DNA of 41,983 bases from Octopus bimaculoides (Eukaryota). The position numbers and the translations under genes were made by a program. The notes beneath the pieces are model-generated. The model had not been told where the DNA came from. It ran no database searches and saw only the letters and a program-made list of their open reading frames with translations. Location: NCBI RefSeq assembly GCF_001194135.2, contig NC_068984.1:84585934-84627916 (forward strand), read 5' to 3'. Positions 1 through 9,499 of the stretch are shown here, piece by piece (the stretch's first letter is position 1; every line of letters begins with the position of its first letter).

Positions 1-43
<43 letters not shown>

Positions 44-53
44 ACTACTAACA

Positions 54-1713
54 ATAGATGAGGTGGATTCAAACTCAACTGCTGGTCCTGATGGTTTCCC
101 AGCAATCCTCCTCAAATTGTGTAAGCGTGCCCTGGCAAAAACCCTCCAGATTCTCTTCCAGAACTATTTTGCAAATGGCAGACTGCCAAGCAAGCTGAAG
201 GAGGGAATAATATGCCCAATCCATAAAGAGGGAAGCAGAGCAGATGCCAAAAACTATAGGCCTATCTCTCTGACTTCACACATCAGCAAAGTCATGGAAC
301 GGATAGTTAGCGGGAAACTAATTGCATTCCTTAAAGAAAATAATTTGCTGAGTGATACCCAGCATGGCTTTCGACTAGGTAGGAGCTGCCTGACTTAGCT
401 CTTAAAACATTATGACTGGGTGTTGAGGCAGTTACTCAACAGATCAAATGTGGACGTAATATACCTTGATTTTGCAAAAGCTTTTGACAAAGTGAATCAT
501 GGTATGATATGCCACAAACTGAGTGATCTCAGCATAACTGGAAAACTTGGAGAGTGGTTACATGACTTTCTGAAAGATAGAAGTCAGACAGTAGTGGCCA
601 ATGGAGCCACCTCAATGAAAACACAAATAGTGAGCGGTGTTCCACAGGGCTCTGTCTTGGGACCACTGCTTTTCATAGTGGCCCTCTCAGATATGCCCTC
701 AACTGCCCGGGTAGCCACCCGAGCTAGCTATGCAGACAATACGAAAGTCTCGCAGAAAATACAGAAAACCCCAACAATATTGCACATCTGCAGCAAGAGT
801 TAGGATCAATTTACAGATGGGCTGAGAATAATAATATGCAGTTTAATGCTGAAAAATTCCAAGCCCTGTGCTATGAGCATCCAAAACTGAATATGAAACT
901 TACAGAGTACACTGGTCCGCAGGGAATTTCAATCCAAGAGCCTAAATCAGTGAGAGACCTGGGTATTGACATGAGTGATGATACCTTTTTCCAAGTGTAC
1001 TTTACCAGGATGGCGACAAAGTGCAGACGACTGGCTGGATGGATCCTGAGAACATTCAGAACCAGTGATAAGGAAACCATGATGGTCCTCTGGAGGACAT
1101 TCGTCCTCAGCCGCCTGAATTACTGCTCACAGCTATGGTCACCCAACAGTGTAAAATTAACAGCAGACCTTGAAGCAATCCAGAGAAGATTCACAAAGAA
1201 GATTATCTCTTTGCAACTGCTCAGCTACTGGGAAAGGCTGAAACAGCTAAGACTCTACTCCCTGGAGTGAAGGCAGGAGAGGTATGCAGTAATATACATC
1301 TGGAAGATCCTGGAAGGAATTGTGCCAAATTTTGGCATTGAAAGCTACACCAATGCCAGAATGGGACGACACTGCATTGTGCCAAAGATCCCAGCAACGC
1401 CATCGCGCTTCAGGACCAGTTACTGCAACAGTTTGGGTTTCAGGGGCCCACAGCTTTTTAATATTCTCCCAAAGAGTCTGAAGGACCTGCACAAAGTAGA
1501 TGTAGGCATTTTTAAATCAAGGCTGGACCTCTTCCTGTCGAGAGTCCCAGATGAACCTACCTCACGGAAAGAGGTGCAAATGAGGGTAGCTACATCAAAC
1601 TTCATTCTTCACCAAGTGCCACATATTAGAGGAAGCTCTCAGTAATAACAGTGTAACACAATGGCGGTGCTCCAGTATGGCTACAGCTCTGAGCTGAAAC
1701 TACTAAAAAAAAA
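54..1713 (+). mobile_element. 5'-truncated CR1-group (CR1/L2/Crack-like) LINE: RT domain, C-terminus, 3' UTR and A tail; pseudogenised
   Basis: AGPDG, NYRPISLTS, QHGFR.GRSCLT, IYLDFAKAFDKV, SGVPQGSVLGPLLF, YADN (for YADD), RDLGI, YWERLKQLRLYSLE. Nonsense codons at 396 (CAG>TAG) and 1268 (CGA>TGA), one frameshift near 770; stop at 1645, then a short 3' UTR ending in an A-run at 1705-1713. Confidence 0.93.
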
Positions 1714-1716
1714 TTC

Positions 1717-1834
1717 ACACACACACATATATATACATATACATATATATACATACACACACACACACACATATATACATATACATATATATATACACAC
1801 ATATATATATACATATATATATATATAAATATTT

Positions 1835-1917
<83 letters not shown>

Positions 1918-1950
1918 CATACATACATACATACATATAGATATATATAA
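1717..1950. repeat. Compound (CA)n/(TA)n/(TACA)n microsatellite
   Basis: Direct inspection. Similar tracts at 1-45, 8690-8800, 15345-15695, 27165-27380, 27555-27760, 30325-30525, 32978-33090, 33220-33740, 35990-36370, 36500-36700, 37920-37978. Confidence 0.98.
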
Positions 1951-1978
1951 ATCAAAATTGTAATTGAACCAAACTCGA

Positions 1979-2425
1979 TGACTGGCACTTGTGCCAGTGG
2001 TGTGCTAACAACACCGTCCGAGCGTGATCATTGCCAGAGCAGCTGTCTGGCTTCCGTGTTAGTGGCATGTAAATAGCACCATTTGAGCATGATCGTTACC
2101 AGTGTCGCCTTACTGGCACTTGTGGTAGTGGCACGTAAAAAAACATTCAAGCGAGGTCATTGCCAGTGCCGATGGACTGGCTCCTGTGCAGGTGGCATGT
2201 AAGAAACACCATTTTGAGTGTGGCCATTGCCAGTACCACCTGACTGGCCCTCGTGCTGGTGGCACATGAAAGCACCCACTACACTCTTGGAGTGGTTGGC
2301 ATTAGGAAACTCTGCCAGATCAGATTGGAGCCTGGTGCAGCCATCTGGTTCACCAATCCTCAGTCAAATCGTCCAACCCATCCTACCATGGAAAGCAGAC
2401 GTTAAACGATGATGATTATGATGAT
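1979..2425 (+). mobile_element. Non-autonomous retroposon 3' part with 4+ internal 63-67 bp tandem units and a (GAT)n tail ('T2' tail)
   Basis: Units start near 2011, 2075, 2142, 2206 and 2271; ends CCAACCCAT..CATGGAAAGCAGACGTTAAACGATGATGAT, shared with 5080-5318, 9330-9440, 9700-9870 and 12884-13070. Confidence 0.8.
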
Positions 2426-2459
2426 GATATATATATTATATATATGTGTGTGTGTGTGT

Positions 2460-3245
2460 NNNNNNNNNNNNNNNNNNNNNNNNNNNNNNNNNNNNNNNNN
2501 NNNNNNNNNNNNNNNNNNNNNNNNNNNNNNNNNNNNNNNNNNNNNNNNNNNNNNNNNNNNNNNNNNNNNNNNNNNNNNNNNNNNNNNNNNNNNNNNNNNN
2601 NNNNNNNNNNNNNNNNNNNNNNNNNNNNNNNNNNNNNNNNNNNNNNNNNNNNNNNNNNNNNNNNNNNNNNNNNNNNNNNNNNNNNNNNNNNNNNNNNNNN
2701 NNNNNNNNNNNNNNNNNNNNNNNNNNNNNNNNNNNNNNNNNNNNNNNNNNNNNNNNNNNNNNNNNNNNNNNNNNNNNNNNNNNNNNNNNNNNNNNNNNNN
2801 NNNNNNNNNNNNNNNNNNNNNNNNNNNNNNNNNNNNNNNNNNNNNNNNNNNNNNNNNNNNNNNNNNNNNNNNNNNNNNNNNNNNNNNNNNNNNNNNNNNN
2901 NNNNNNNNNNNNNNNNNNNNNNNNNNNNNNNNNNNNNNNNNNNNNNNNNNNNNNNNNNNNNNNNNNNNNNNNNNNNNNNNNNNNNNNNNNNNNNNNNNNN
3001 NNNNNNNNNNNNNNNNNNNNNNNNNNNNNNNNNNNNNNNNNNNNNNNNNNNNNNNNNNNNNNNNNNNNNNNNNNNNNNNNNNNNNNNNNNNNNNNNNNNN
3101 NNNNNNNNNNNNNNNNNNNNNNNNNNNNNNNNNNNNNNNNNNNNNNNNNNNNNNNNNNNNNNNNNNNNNNNNNNNNNNNNNNNNNNNNNNNNNNNNNNNN
3201 NNNNNNNNNNNNNNNNNNNNNNNNNNNNNNNNNNNNNNNNNNNNN
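2460..3245. other. Assembly gap (N run) flanked by microsatellites; other gaps at 15696-15997, 36082-36120, 37979-38193, 40055-40365
   Basis: Runs of n in the sequence. Confidence 1.
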
Positions 3246-3374
3246 ATATATATACATACATATACACACACACACACATATATATAATATATATATCATT
3301 TCAGTATGGTCATTTTTTTTCTTTTTGCCAAATAAACACATGCACTGTATTTTTGTTCTTAACTCGTTTATTAC

Positions 3375-3550
3375 TGTCCTTATTTTTTTTTGTTTATTTT
3401 AACTCATGTCCATTGTCTGGAAATCTTTTGTCACACATCTGTGACCTCTTCAGCACCACTTTACGTTTTTGTGTGTGACCATCCCGAAATACAACAATAT
3501 CTGTTGCAACACATGATTTTACATCAGGAATCTTGCATCACAAGTTGATA
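3375..3550 (-). mobile_element. Repeat fragment carrying a hammerhead-like core; possible Penelope-like element (PLE) terminal repeat relic
   Basis: Minus strand reads CTGAAGA-G-GTCACA-GATG-TGTGAC-AAAA-G, followed about 25 nt later by AATAAA and an A-run. The PLE assignment is inference. Confidence 0.4.
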
Positions 3551-3557
3551 AATGTAC

Positions 3558-3591
<34 letters not shown>

Positions 3592-3639
3592 ATATGTATC
3601 TATATATGTATATATATACATATAGGCATGTCACAGTTG

Positions 3640-3795
3640 CAGGCATGTTAAGAAGTTTACTTTAGTACAGTGTGGTTTCAGATTCAGTTCTACTGCATGG
3701 TACCTTGAGCGAATGTCTTCTACAATACCCTTGCATTGACCAATGCCTTATGAATAAATTTGATTGATGGAGACTGTGTGGTCGCCTGCTGCATA
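3640..3795 (+). mobile_element. Degenerate SINE family A (tRNA head + CORE-like domain)
   Basis: Aligns by eye to the young copy at 39230-39423 (B-box-like GATTCAGTTCTACTG, CCTTGAGCGAATGTCTTCTAC). Confidence 0.65.
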
Positions 3796-3994
3796 TATTT
3801 ATGTGTTAGCGTTAGTATCTTTATGTTTGTACTTCCCACTTTTTCACAACTGGTGAAATAAAGTACTACTAAAGCACTGGGGGTAAAGTAAATGTTAAAA
3901 GAAACAAAACAAAAAAAAAAAAACTCTTGAGCCTATGTTAGGAAAAAATTCATCATAAATATTGTTATTGTATTTATCACTGGAAAGTGATGAA

Positions 3995-4210
3995 GTAGTG
4001 GTACTGTTAGAGTTGACCAAAATTCCTTGTGGCAAGCTAAGGCTCCTTTTATTCAGAGTTCACATCTCGCTTTAGTCAATTTTAACTTTCATTCCTCCAG
4101 GGTCATTAAAATAAAGTACCTGTGAAGTAAAGGAGTCAGTGGTATTAACTAACTGTCTCCATTTAAAATTGCTGTCCCTTATGCCTAAATTAGAAAATTA
4201 TTATTATTAA
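3995..4210 (+). mobile_element. Degenerate SINE family C
   Basis: Core TTTCATTCCTCCAGGGTCATTAAAATAAAGTACC and tail AAAATTGCTGTCCCTTATGCCTAAATTAGAAAATTATTATT. A further degenerate copy lies near 10215-10340. Confidence 0.7.
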
Positions 4211-4276
4211 TGTTGTACTTTTTATTGTTTCTTTGTTATTATTGTTACTAATGATTAGATATATTCTTTTTTCTAG

Positions 4277-4432
4277 GCTAATATATGGATAGTCAGCAGT
4301 GGCCTGAAGAAATTAGTTGGCATTTTATCTGTAATCACTCTTATTGGCTTTGCGGTGGTATTATTCACTGACTATGGCTTCCCCTACAGCCTTGATGACA
4401 AGAAACCAGCTTATCAACGTCTGATTATGAAA
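4277..4432 (+). CDS. ERMP1: ERMP1-like gene, first exon visible in window (upstream exons lie outside the window or in the 2460-3245 gap); last TM helix plus GFPY motif
   Basis: Polypyrimidine+TAG acceptor (AG 4275-4276), donor GTAAGT at 4433; 156 nt, phase 0/0; ANIWIVSSGLKKLVGILSVITLIGFAVVLFTDYGFPYSLDDKKPAYQRLIMK resembles the ERMP1 'GFPYS...P.PKRVFLQ' segment as I recall it. Confidence 0.9.
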
Positions 4433-4464
4433 GTAAGTCTTCATACTGTTGCTGTTGTGTTTTA

Positions 4465-4900
4465 GTTCTAAATCAGCCCCGATCGAGCATAACTATCCAT
4501 ACCATCGTTTTAGAAGTACCAAGTATACATTGTGCAATGTGACCTTTTTAGGATGGTAGTGTGGGTGTGATTTGAGGGTAATTTGGCTATCATATCTTGT
4601 AGGTTAGCTTGTAAGATATCATAATTTTCCTTCTTTATAATATCTGGGTTATTTCTAAAATCTAAAATGCCAAACATAACAAAAGCAACAGAATTACTGT
4701 AGGATTGTTGTTGTTTAGCTCCTGGTGGGCTCTGCTTGTTCAAATACAATCCAGCCATGATCATCTAATCATTTTCTGAGGTACAGTCCACCCAAGACTA
4801 CATTTCTCAATGTGCCTTTTGTAGGATTATGAAGTGCTGCCTGAGGGAAATTTAGTTGGTTGCCATTTCCAGTAAGTTGAGTAACTGCATTGAGACTTCA
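4465..4900 (+). repeat. Two degenerate copies of dispersed repeat family E
   Basis: Shared motifs CCAGCCATGA(C/T)CATC and GTGATTTGAGGG..ATTTGGCT..ATTTC.AG.AGGT; related copies at 10560-10840 (+), 14160-14220 (+), 18400-18500 (+, partial) and 20420-20620 (-). Confidence 0.6.
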
Positions 4901-5079
4901 TCATTGGTTCAAATCACTGTGCTGGTCTACTGACTTCAAGAGTTCATTGTTTCTACCCCATGGCACCTATTTGCATTTAAATGGATTGAATTACTGAAGA
5001 GTCAAATATCTCAGTTACAACACAATGCAGAATTAGAGACAAGAAACCAGCTTCTAACTTTTTGTTTTTGTTAGCTGCT

Positions 5080-5318
5080 ATCATCATCATCATCATAATT
5101 TAATGTCCATTTTCCATGCTGGCATGGGTTGGACGGTTTTACTGAGGTCTGGAAAGCCAGTGGCTGCACCAGGCTCCAATCTGATCTGGCAATGTTTCTA
5201 CAGCTGGATGCCCTTCTTAACGCCAACTACTCTGAGAGTGTAGTGGGTGCTTTTTATGTGCCACTGGCACAGGAGCCAGTCAGGCGGGCCTGGCATTGAT
5301 CACATTTGGATCGTGCTT
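5080..5318 (-). mobile_element. T2-tail retroposon with a single internal unit
   Basis: Reverse complement matches 2210-2425 (GCACCCACTACACTC..GAGT.GTTGGC...GATCAGATTGGAGCCTGGTGCAGCC...CCAACCCATGCCAGCATGGAAA..(GAT)n). Confidence 0.85.
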
Positions 5319-5878
5319 AGCTTTAAAAATTAAGAAAGGTATTTATCGACTTGTAATGCTGAGTTCAAACCCTACTGATGATTTGGAAAAACTAGTACAG
5401 TATTCAGCTGGCCATCTTTGCCATTGGATCCTTGGCCGGTTCATATTACAGGGGCGTGTGAGAGATGGTTTTCAGAACCACATTCTATGTTAAACACCAC
5501 CATACACTGGCATTTGATCCCAGGAGAGATGTCTTTCCTCACTATATGATGTTGTGACCATTCCTTGTATTCTCTCTGTTAAGTAAACACATTTTACTGT
5601 TCAAATTAGTAGATTAATTGGTACCATTCCTACTTCATAGGAAATCCATGTTGACAGTAAACTATTAAAATGAAGTAAAAAAAAAAAAACTTGATGACAA
5701 CTGTAAACTGTAAACTACTAAACCTATCTTGAGTATTGAATGTCCAATTTAAATTTAAAACTTTGTAGTAGCTCTGCAGCTGGGATGTAGATTGTAAATT
5801 GGCAGTGTTGTTCTCAGTGTTGCTGCTTGGTAGATGGACAGTTTGTCAATAGACAATTGGCTGACAAACAGGACAATT

Positions 5879-6009
5879 GTGTGGCATGGTGCAAAGTCTT
5901 GTTGCCAGATACAGGGTGTTTCAGCAACCACTCCCTTGACCCAGGGCAGCACAACCTCCTCCAAGCACTTGATGTAGGCCTCTGTGTTGAGTCTGAGGCC
6001 ATGTGGGAA
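5879..6009 (-). pseudogene. Tc1/mariner-superfamily transposase fragment
   Basis: FPHGLRLNTEAYIKCLEEVVLPWVKGVVAETPCIWQQDFAPCHT contains the 'WQQD.AP.H' second catalytic-Asp motif. Only 131 bp; flanked by short inverted repeats. Confidence 0.85.
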
Positions 6010-6034
6010 TTGTCTGACAGCAAATTGTCTGCAC

Positions 6035-6410
6035 ACGTTGCTGCTCTGGGTTACCAACAGTGTTAGTATGTTGCTAGTCTTGTTACAGTGGTTTGCCAGT
6101 GTTGCTCTAGTAGGTTGCCAGCATTGCATTGCTAGTGTTGTTACAGTTGGTCGCCTGTATAACTGCAGTAGGTTTGCCAGCATTGTATATTGCTAGTATT
6201 GTTACAGTGTGTTGCTAGTTTCATTATGGCAAATTGCTAGTGTTGCTGCAGCAGCTGGCTTACAAAGCATTGCAAAGTGGACTGCCAATATTGTTACTTT
6301 GTCTTTGTTCCTGCAGTGGTTTGCCAATGTTGTTGTCCATAATGCAGCAGTGAGTTATGAACATTGCAGCAGTTGGTTACCAGTGTACTAGCAGTAGATT
6401 GCCACTATCA
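6035..6410. repeat. Degenerate minisatellite-like array (core GCAGTGGTTTGCCAGTGTTG)
   Basis: Repeated TTGC(C/T)AG(T/C)(G/A)TTG and TTGTTACAG motifs at irregular 20-45 bp spacing. Confidence 0.6.
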
Positions 6411-7252
6411 TCAATTAGACAAACTTTAATGAGAAGTATAAAGCTAGTTTTCTAATTAGCTTATACAACAGAACTATCTGAAATCTTTGTAGCTTTTCTG
6501 GTTATTTCTTTCATTTAATTTTTTAATGATTTTTTTATCTTCAACCATTCTCCATACTGACTTTTGAAGATTGGTTTTAGTATTTGAACATTTACATATT
6601 TTTAATACAACTATGATTTTTTTCACTATTGGAAATCTTCCTTCTCATTCTTAACAATCACTCAACTGTGAAATGAGAGTAGAATTTGTTTTAAACAGCT
6701 CCAGTGTTCTAAACCCATAAACCTTTAGTCATTTATTGCAAGCACACTAGTCTCAACACTATTCTGCCATTTATAACAGGTATTAAATAAAATCTTAATA
6801 TGACTTTTTGGTTTAAAAAATTTGTTTTGTAGCTACTTGGTTTTGAGTTTGATTCCATTGCAGAGCATCTTTGGGCAAAAGTCTTCTACCAAAGCTTTGT
6901 GCTTGTCAAAGCCTTGCTTAGAAACCCTTCAAAGAGACCACTCCTGTTTTGAGGTGGAAGACTTATTTCATCACCTGTTTTAGCACTTCAATGTGGCCTG
7001 TGGTGCCTTAAATGGAAACTACCCTTTGGCAAGCCTTTTGGGTTATCAACTAGCCTTTTGGCTAGTCTCTAACCTGATGATAACTTCTGCTTTTCCTTCC
7101 AAGTTTTGGAGACACCTAAAAGAGGCTCATTAGTTTACTCTTCCTCCTCTGACTATGCCAGAAAAAAAATGGTAAACAGCATGGATTGTTGTGATAATTT
7201 TATGTTTTCTTTTTCTTTATAAGCTGTTTTATCTTTATCTTCTTTTTTACAG

Positions 7253-7458
7253 CATATTCGAAGACGATTTCATGATGCGCAAGGCAATGTAAGTCACACA
7301 GATTCTGGTATATGGTTTATATCACTGGATCACAATGGTTTAAAAGGAGTTCGTGAAGCACAGCCAGAAGCTTTCAAAAGCAGTGTAAAGATGAAATGTG
7401 AAGGACCTTATTGTGGCTGGCCATATTATTACCCAATGCTCTGGATTATTGATCTCAG
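7253..7458 (+). CDS. ERMP1: ERMP1-like exon (C-terminal domain)
   Basis: TTTTTTACAG acceptor, AG|GTAAC donor; 206 nt, phase 0/2; HIRRRFHDAQGNVSHTDSGIWFISLDHNG...CEGPYCGWPYYYP matches the ERMP1 'H..R.FHD..G.....DSGIW...D..G...C.....CG.P.Y.P' pattern. Confidence 0.93.
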
Positions 7459-7572
7459 GTAACAACTGTCTGTCAATCAATGCATGGTTTTAGTATTAAT
7501 ATTTAGATTGAGGTGCATGTAGAATTGTAGGTGATTGACTGTATCAGTGGTACTTAATTTGCTGATGCTGGA

Positions 7573-7610
7573 TGACATATAAGGTAAAAAGACTTTTACC
7601 TTATATGTCA
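7573..7610. repeat. Perfect 17 bp inverted repeat with 4 nt loop in an intron
   Basis: TGACATATAAGGTAAAA-AGAC-TTTTACCTTATATGTCA. Confidence 0.95.
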
Positions 7611-7946
7611 CCTGTGCCAGTGTCACATAGAAGCACCTGTTGTACCTAGAACAACTTTGTTTAAAAATCTACGCAAACAGGGCTAATCTGAGACAATATA
7701 ACAGTAACACCAACAACAGTTTTCCATCAACAGTAGTAGATAGAATTTAAAAGTTTATGTATCTATTTTGCTCAGAAATGTTCAGAAATGTTTGTGTTTC
7801 ATATTCTATTTCTATGTTACATTTTCACAGATTTCACTGGTACATGATGAAAATTCAATTGGTATTTCTTTTTTTTGCAGAATATTTCCCCATTTAACTA
7901 ATTACTCAGTTTTGATATTTTCATTTGTTATTTTCTTTTCATGCAG

Positions 7947-8062
7947 GAAATCCGCCTACATCTTGCTCGACACAGAATTGCGTTCCCCTTCGGTTGAAGT
8001 TAAATTGGAAAATCGAAAAAAACTTTCTGCTAAGGAGGTGGAACTAACATTCTCAGTTATAG
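7947..8062 (+). CDS. ERMP1: ERMP1-like exon
   Basis: TTTCTTTTCATGCAG acceptor, G|GTAAGT donor; 116 nt, phase 2/1, in frame with both neighbours; (R)KSAYILLDTELRSPSVEVKLENRKKLSAKEVELTFSVI(G). Confidence 0.9.
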
Positions 8063-8454
8063 GTAAGTGTCAATGGCCACTCTTTACATATTTAAGAGTC
8101 AACAACTACTTTATACATCCATGAATTACATTTGTTGTTGTTATTGATACTACTGTTACTATTTGTAGTTTCATTGTCCACTTATTGACAGCCATATTTC
8201 ACTCATATACTGACATATAAAGAATATATTGTTTAAATGGTGACAACTTTTTGTCATCATTAAATTGTATTTATTTATTATAGCTGTCAGTATGTGATTT
8301 CACATCTTTTCACTTTTCTTTATTTCTGAGGATCTTCACTTTCTCTGTCTGTCTGTTTGCCTGTCTGTCTCTCTCTTTTGTTCAACAGTTTATCTGTCTC
8401 ACCAATCTTAATGTTTAGTGTATTATACAAACATCATTATGCACTTAACTCATT

Positions 8455-8728
8455 CATGTTATATCTGTTTTCCATGCCAGAATGTGTTAGATAAATGTTA
8501 TTGAGATTTGTGTTACAGCCAGATGTCCTAGTCACTATCCCTGTTTTCCAAGCACTGAACGCTTTATTCCAGTTGGTTTTGGAGGTGCAAAGTAAATGGA
8601 TGATTTGTTGATAGGTGAACTAAAAATAACATCTCTGCGCTAGGTTTGCAACTTTATAGAAACAAGTACAAATGTAAACAAACTCAGACATACATGCATG
8701 TACATGCATACACACACTCACACACACA

Positions 8729-8802
<74 letters not shown>

Positions 8803-8935
8803 ATGATCTTTAAGTTGCCATCTACAAAATCCACCCACAAGGCTTTGATTGGTCCAGAGCTGTAGTAGAAGACCCATGTCCAGTGTGCTGTGCAGTGGGA
8901 CTGAACCTGAAACCATTGGGCAGTGACTTTCTCAC
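8455..8935 (-). mobile_element. SINE family A head/core (8810-8935) + microsatellite + degenerate T2 tail (8455-8560)
   Basis: Head and core are clear (CCACCCACAAGGCTTTG...GTAGAAGAC...GCAGTGGGACTGAACC). The tail is recognisable but the middle body is weakly alignable. Confidence 0.6.
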
Positions 8936-9009
8936 ATCTAATTATATATTTGAAACTGAGTAGAAAATACAATAGTGATTTTTAAGAAAGATTGCTTTAA
9001 TTTATAGGA

Positions 9010-9440
9010 GCAGACATTTGCTGTATGGTTTGAAGTTTGCTACCCAGCCAAATGGGTATGGGTTCAGTCCCACTATATTGCTCCTTGGGCAAGTGTCTTA
9101 CTATAGTCCTAAACTGACCAAAGACTTGTGAGTGGATTTGGTCAATGAAACTAAAAGAACTTGTATGTATATATATGTGTGTGTGAGTGAATGAGTGTGG
9201 TTGTGTTTCCTTGTCTTGACATCATGTGATAGTTGTAAATGAGTGTCACTGTCATATAAGCAGTGTCATTCATTTCCAGTATTCTGCAAGAATGCGTCTG
9301 GCCATGGGAAAATATTGACTTAAAAGTAGGTGAGGGTTGGCAACAGGAAGGACATCCGGCTGTAGAAAATCTGCCTCATATAAACTCCATTTGACCCATG
9401 CAAGCATGGAAAAGTAGATATTAAATGATGATGATGATGA
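9010..9440 (+). mobile_element. Full-length SINE: family A head/core + microsatellite + body + T2 (GAT)n tail
   Basis: GGTTCAGTCCCACT (B box), CCTTGGGCAAGTGTCTT (CORE-like), ends GACCCATGCAAGCATGGAAAAGTAGATATTAAATGATGATGATG. Confidence 0.8.
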
Positions 9441-9499
9441 TTTAATTGATAGATAAGGTGATGATTTAATTTATAGATAAGAAATATTTGATATATTTA

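Noticed and set aside
1979-2280. CRISPR-like repeat-spacer pattern
   Set aside because: Whole units are homologous to each other (no unique spacers) and belong to a retroposon.
1-4276. An additional upstream ERMP1 exon
   Set aside because: No segment with ERMP1-like translation and splice sites was found; it may lie in the gap or upstream of the window.
5365-5395. CTGATGA..GAAA hammerhead core
   Set aside because: No stem II between the boxes; it sits next to a SINE C B-box remnant.
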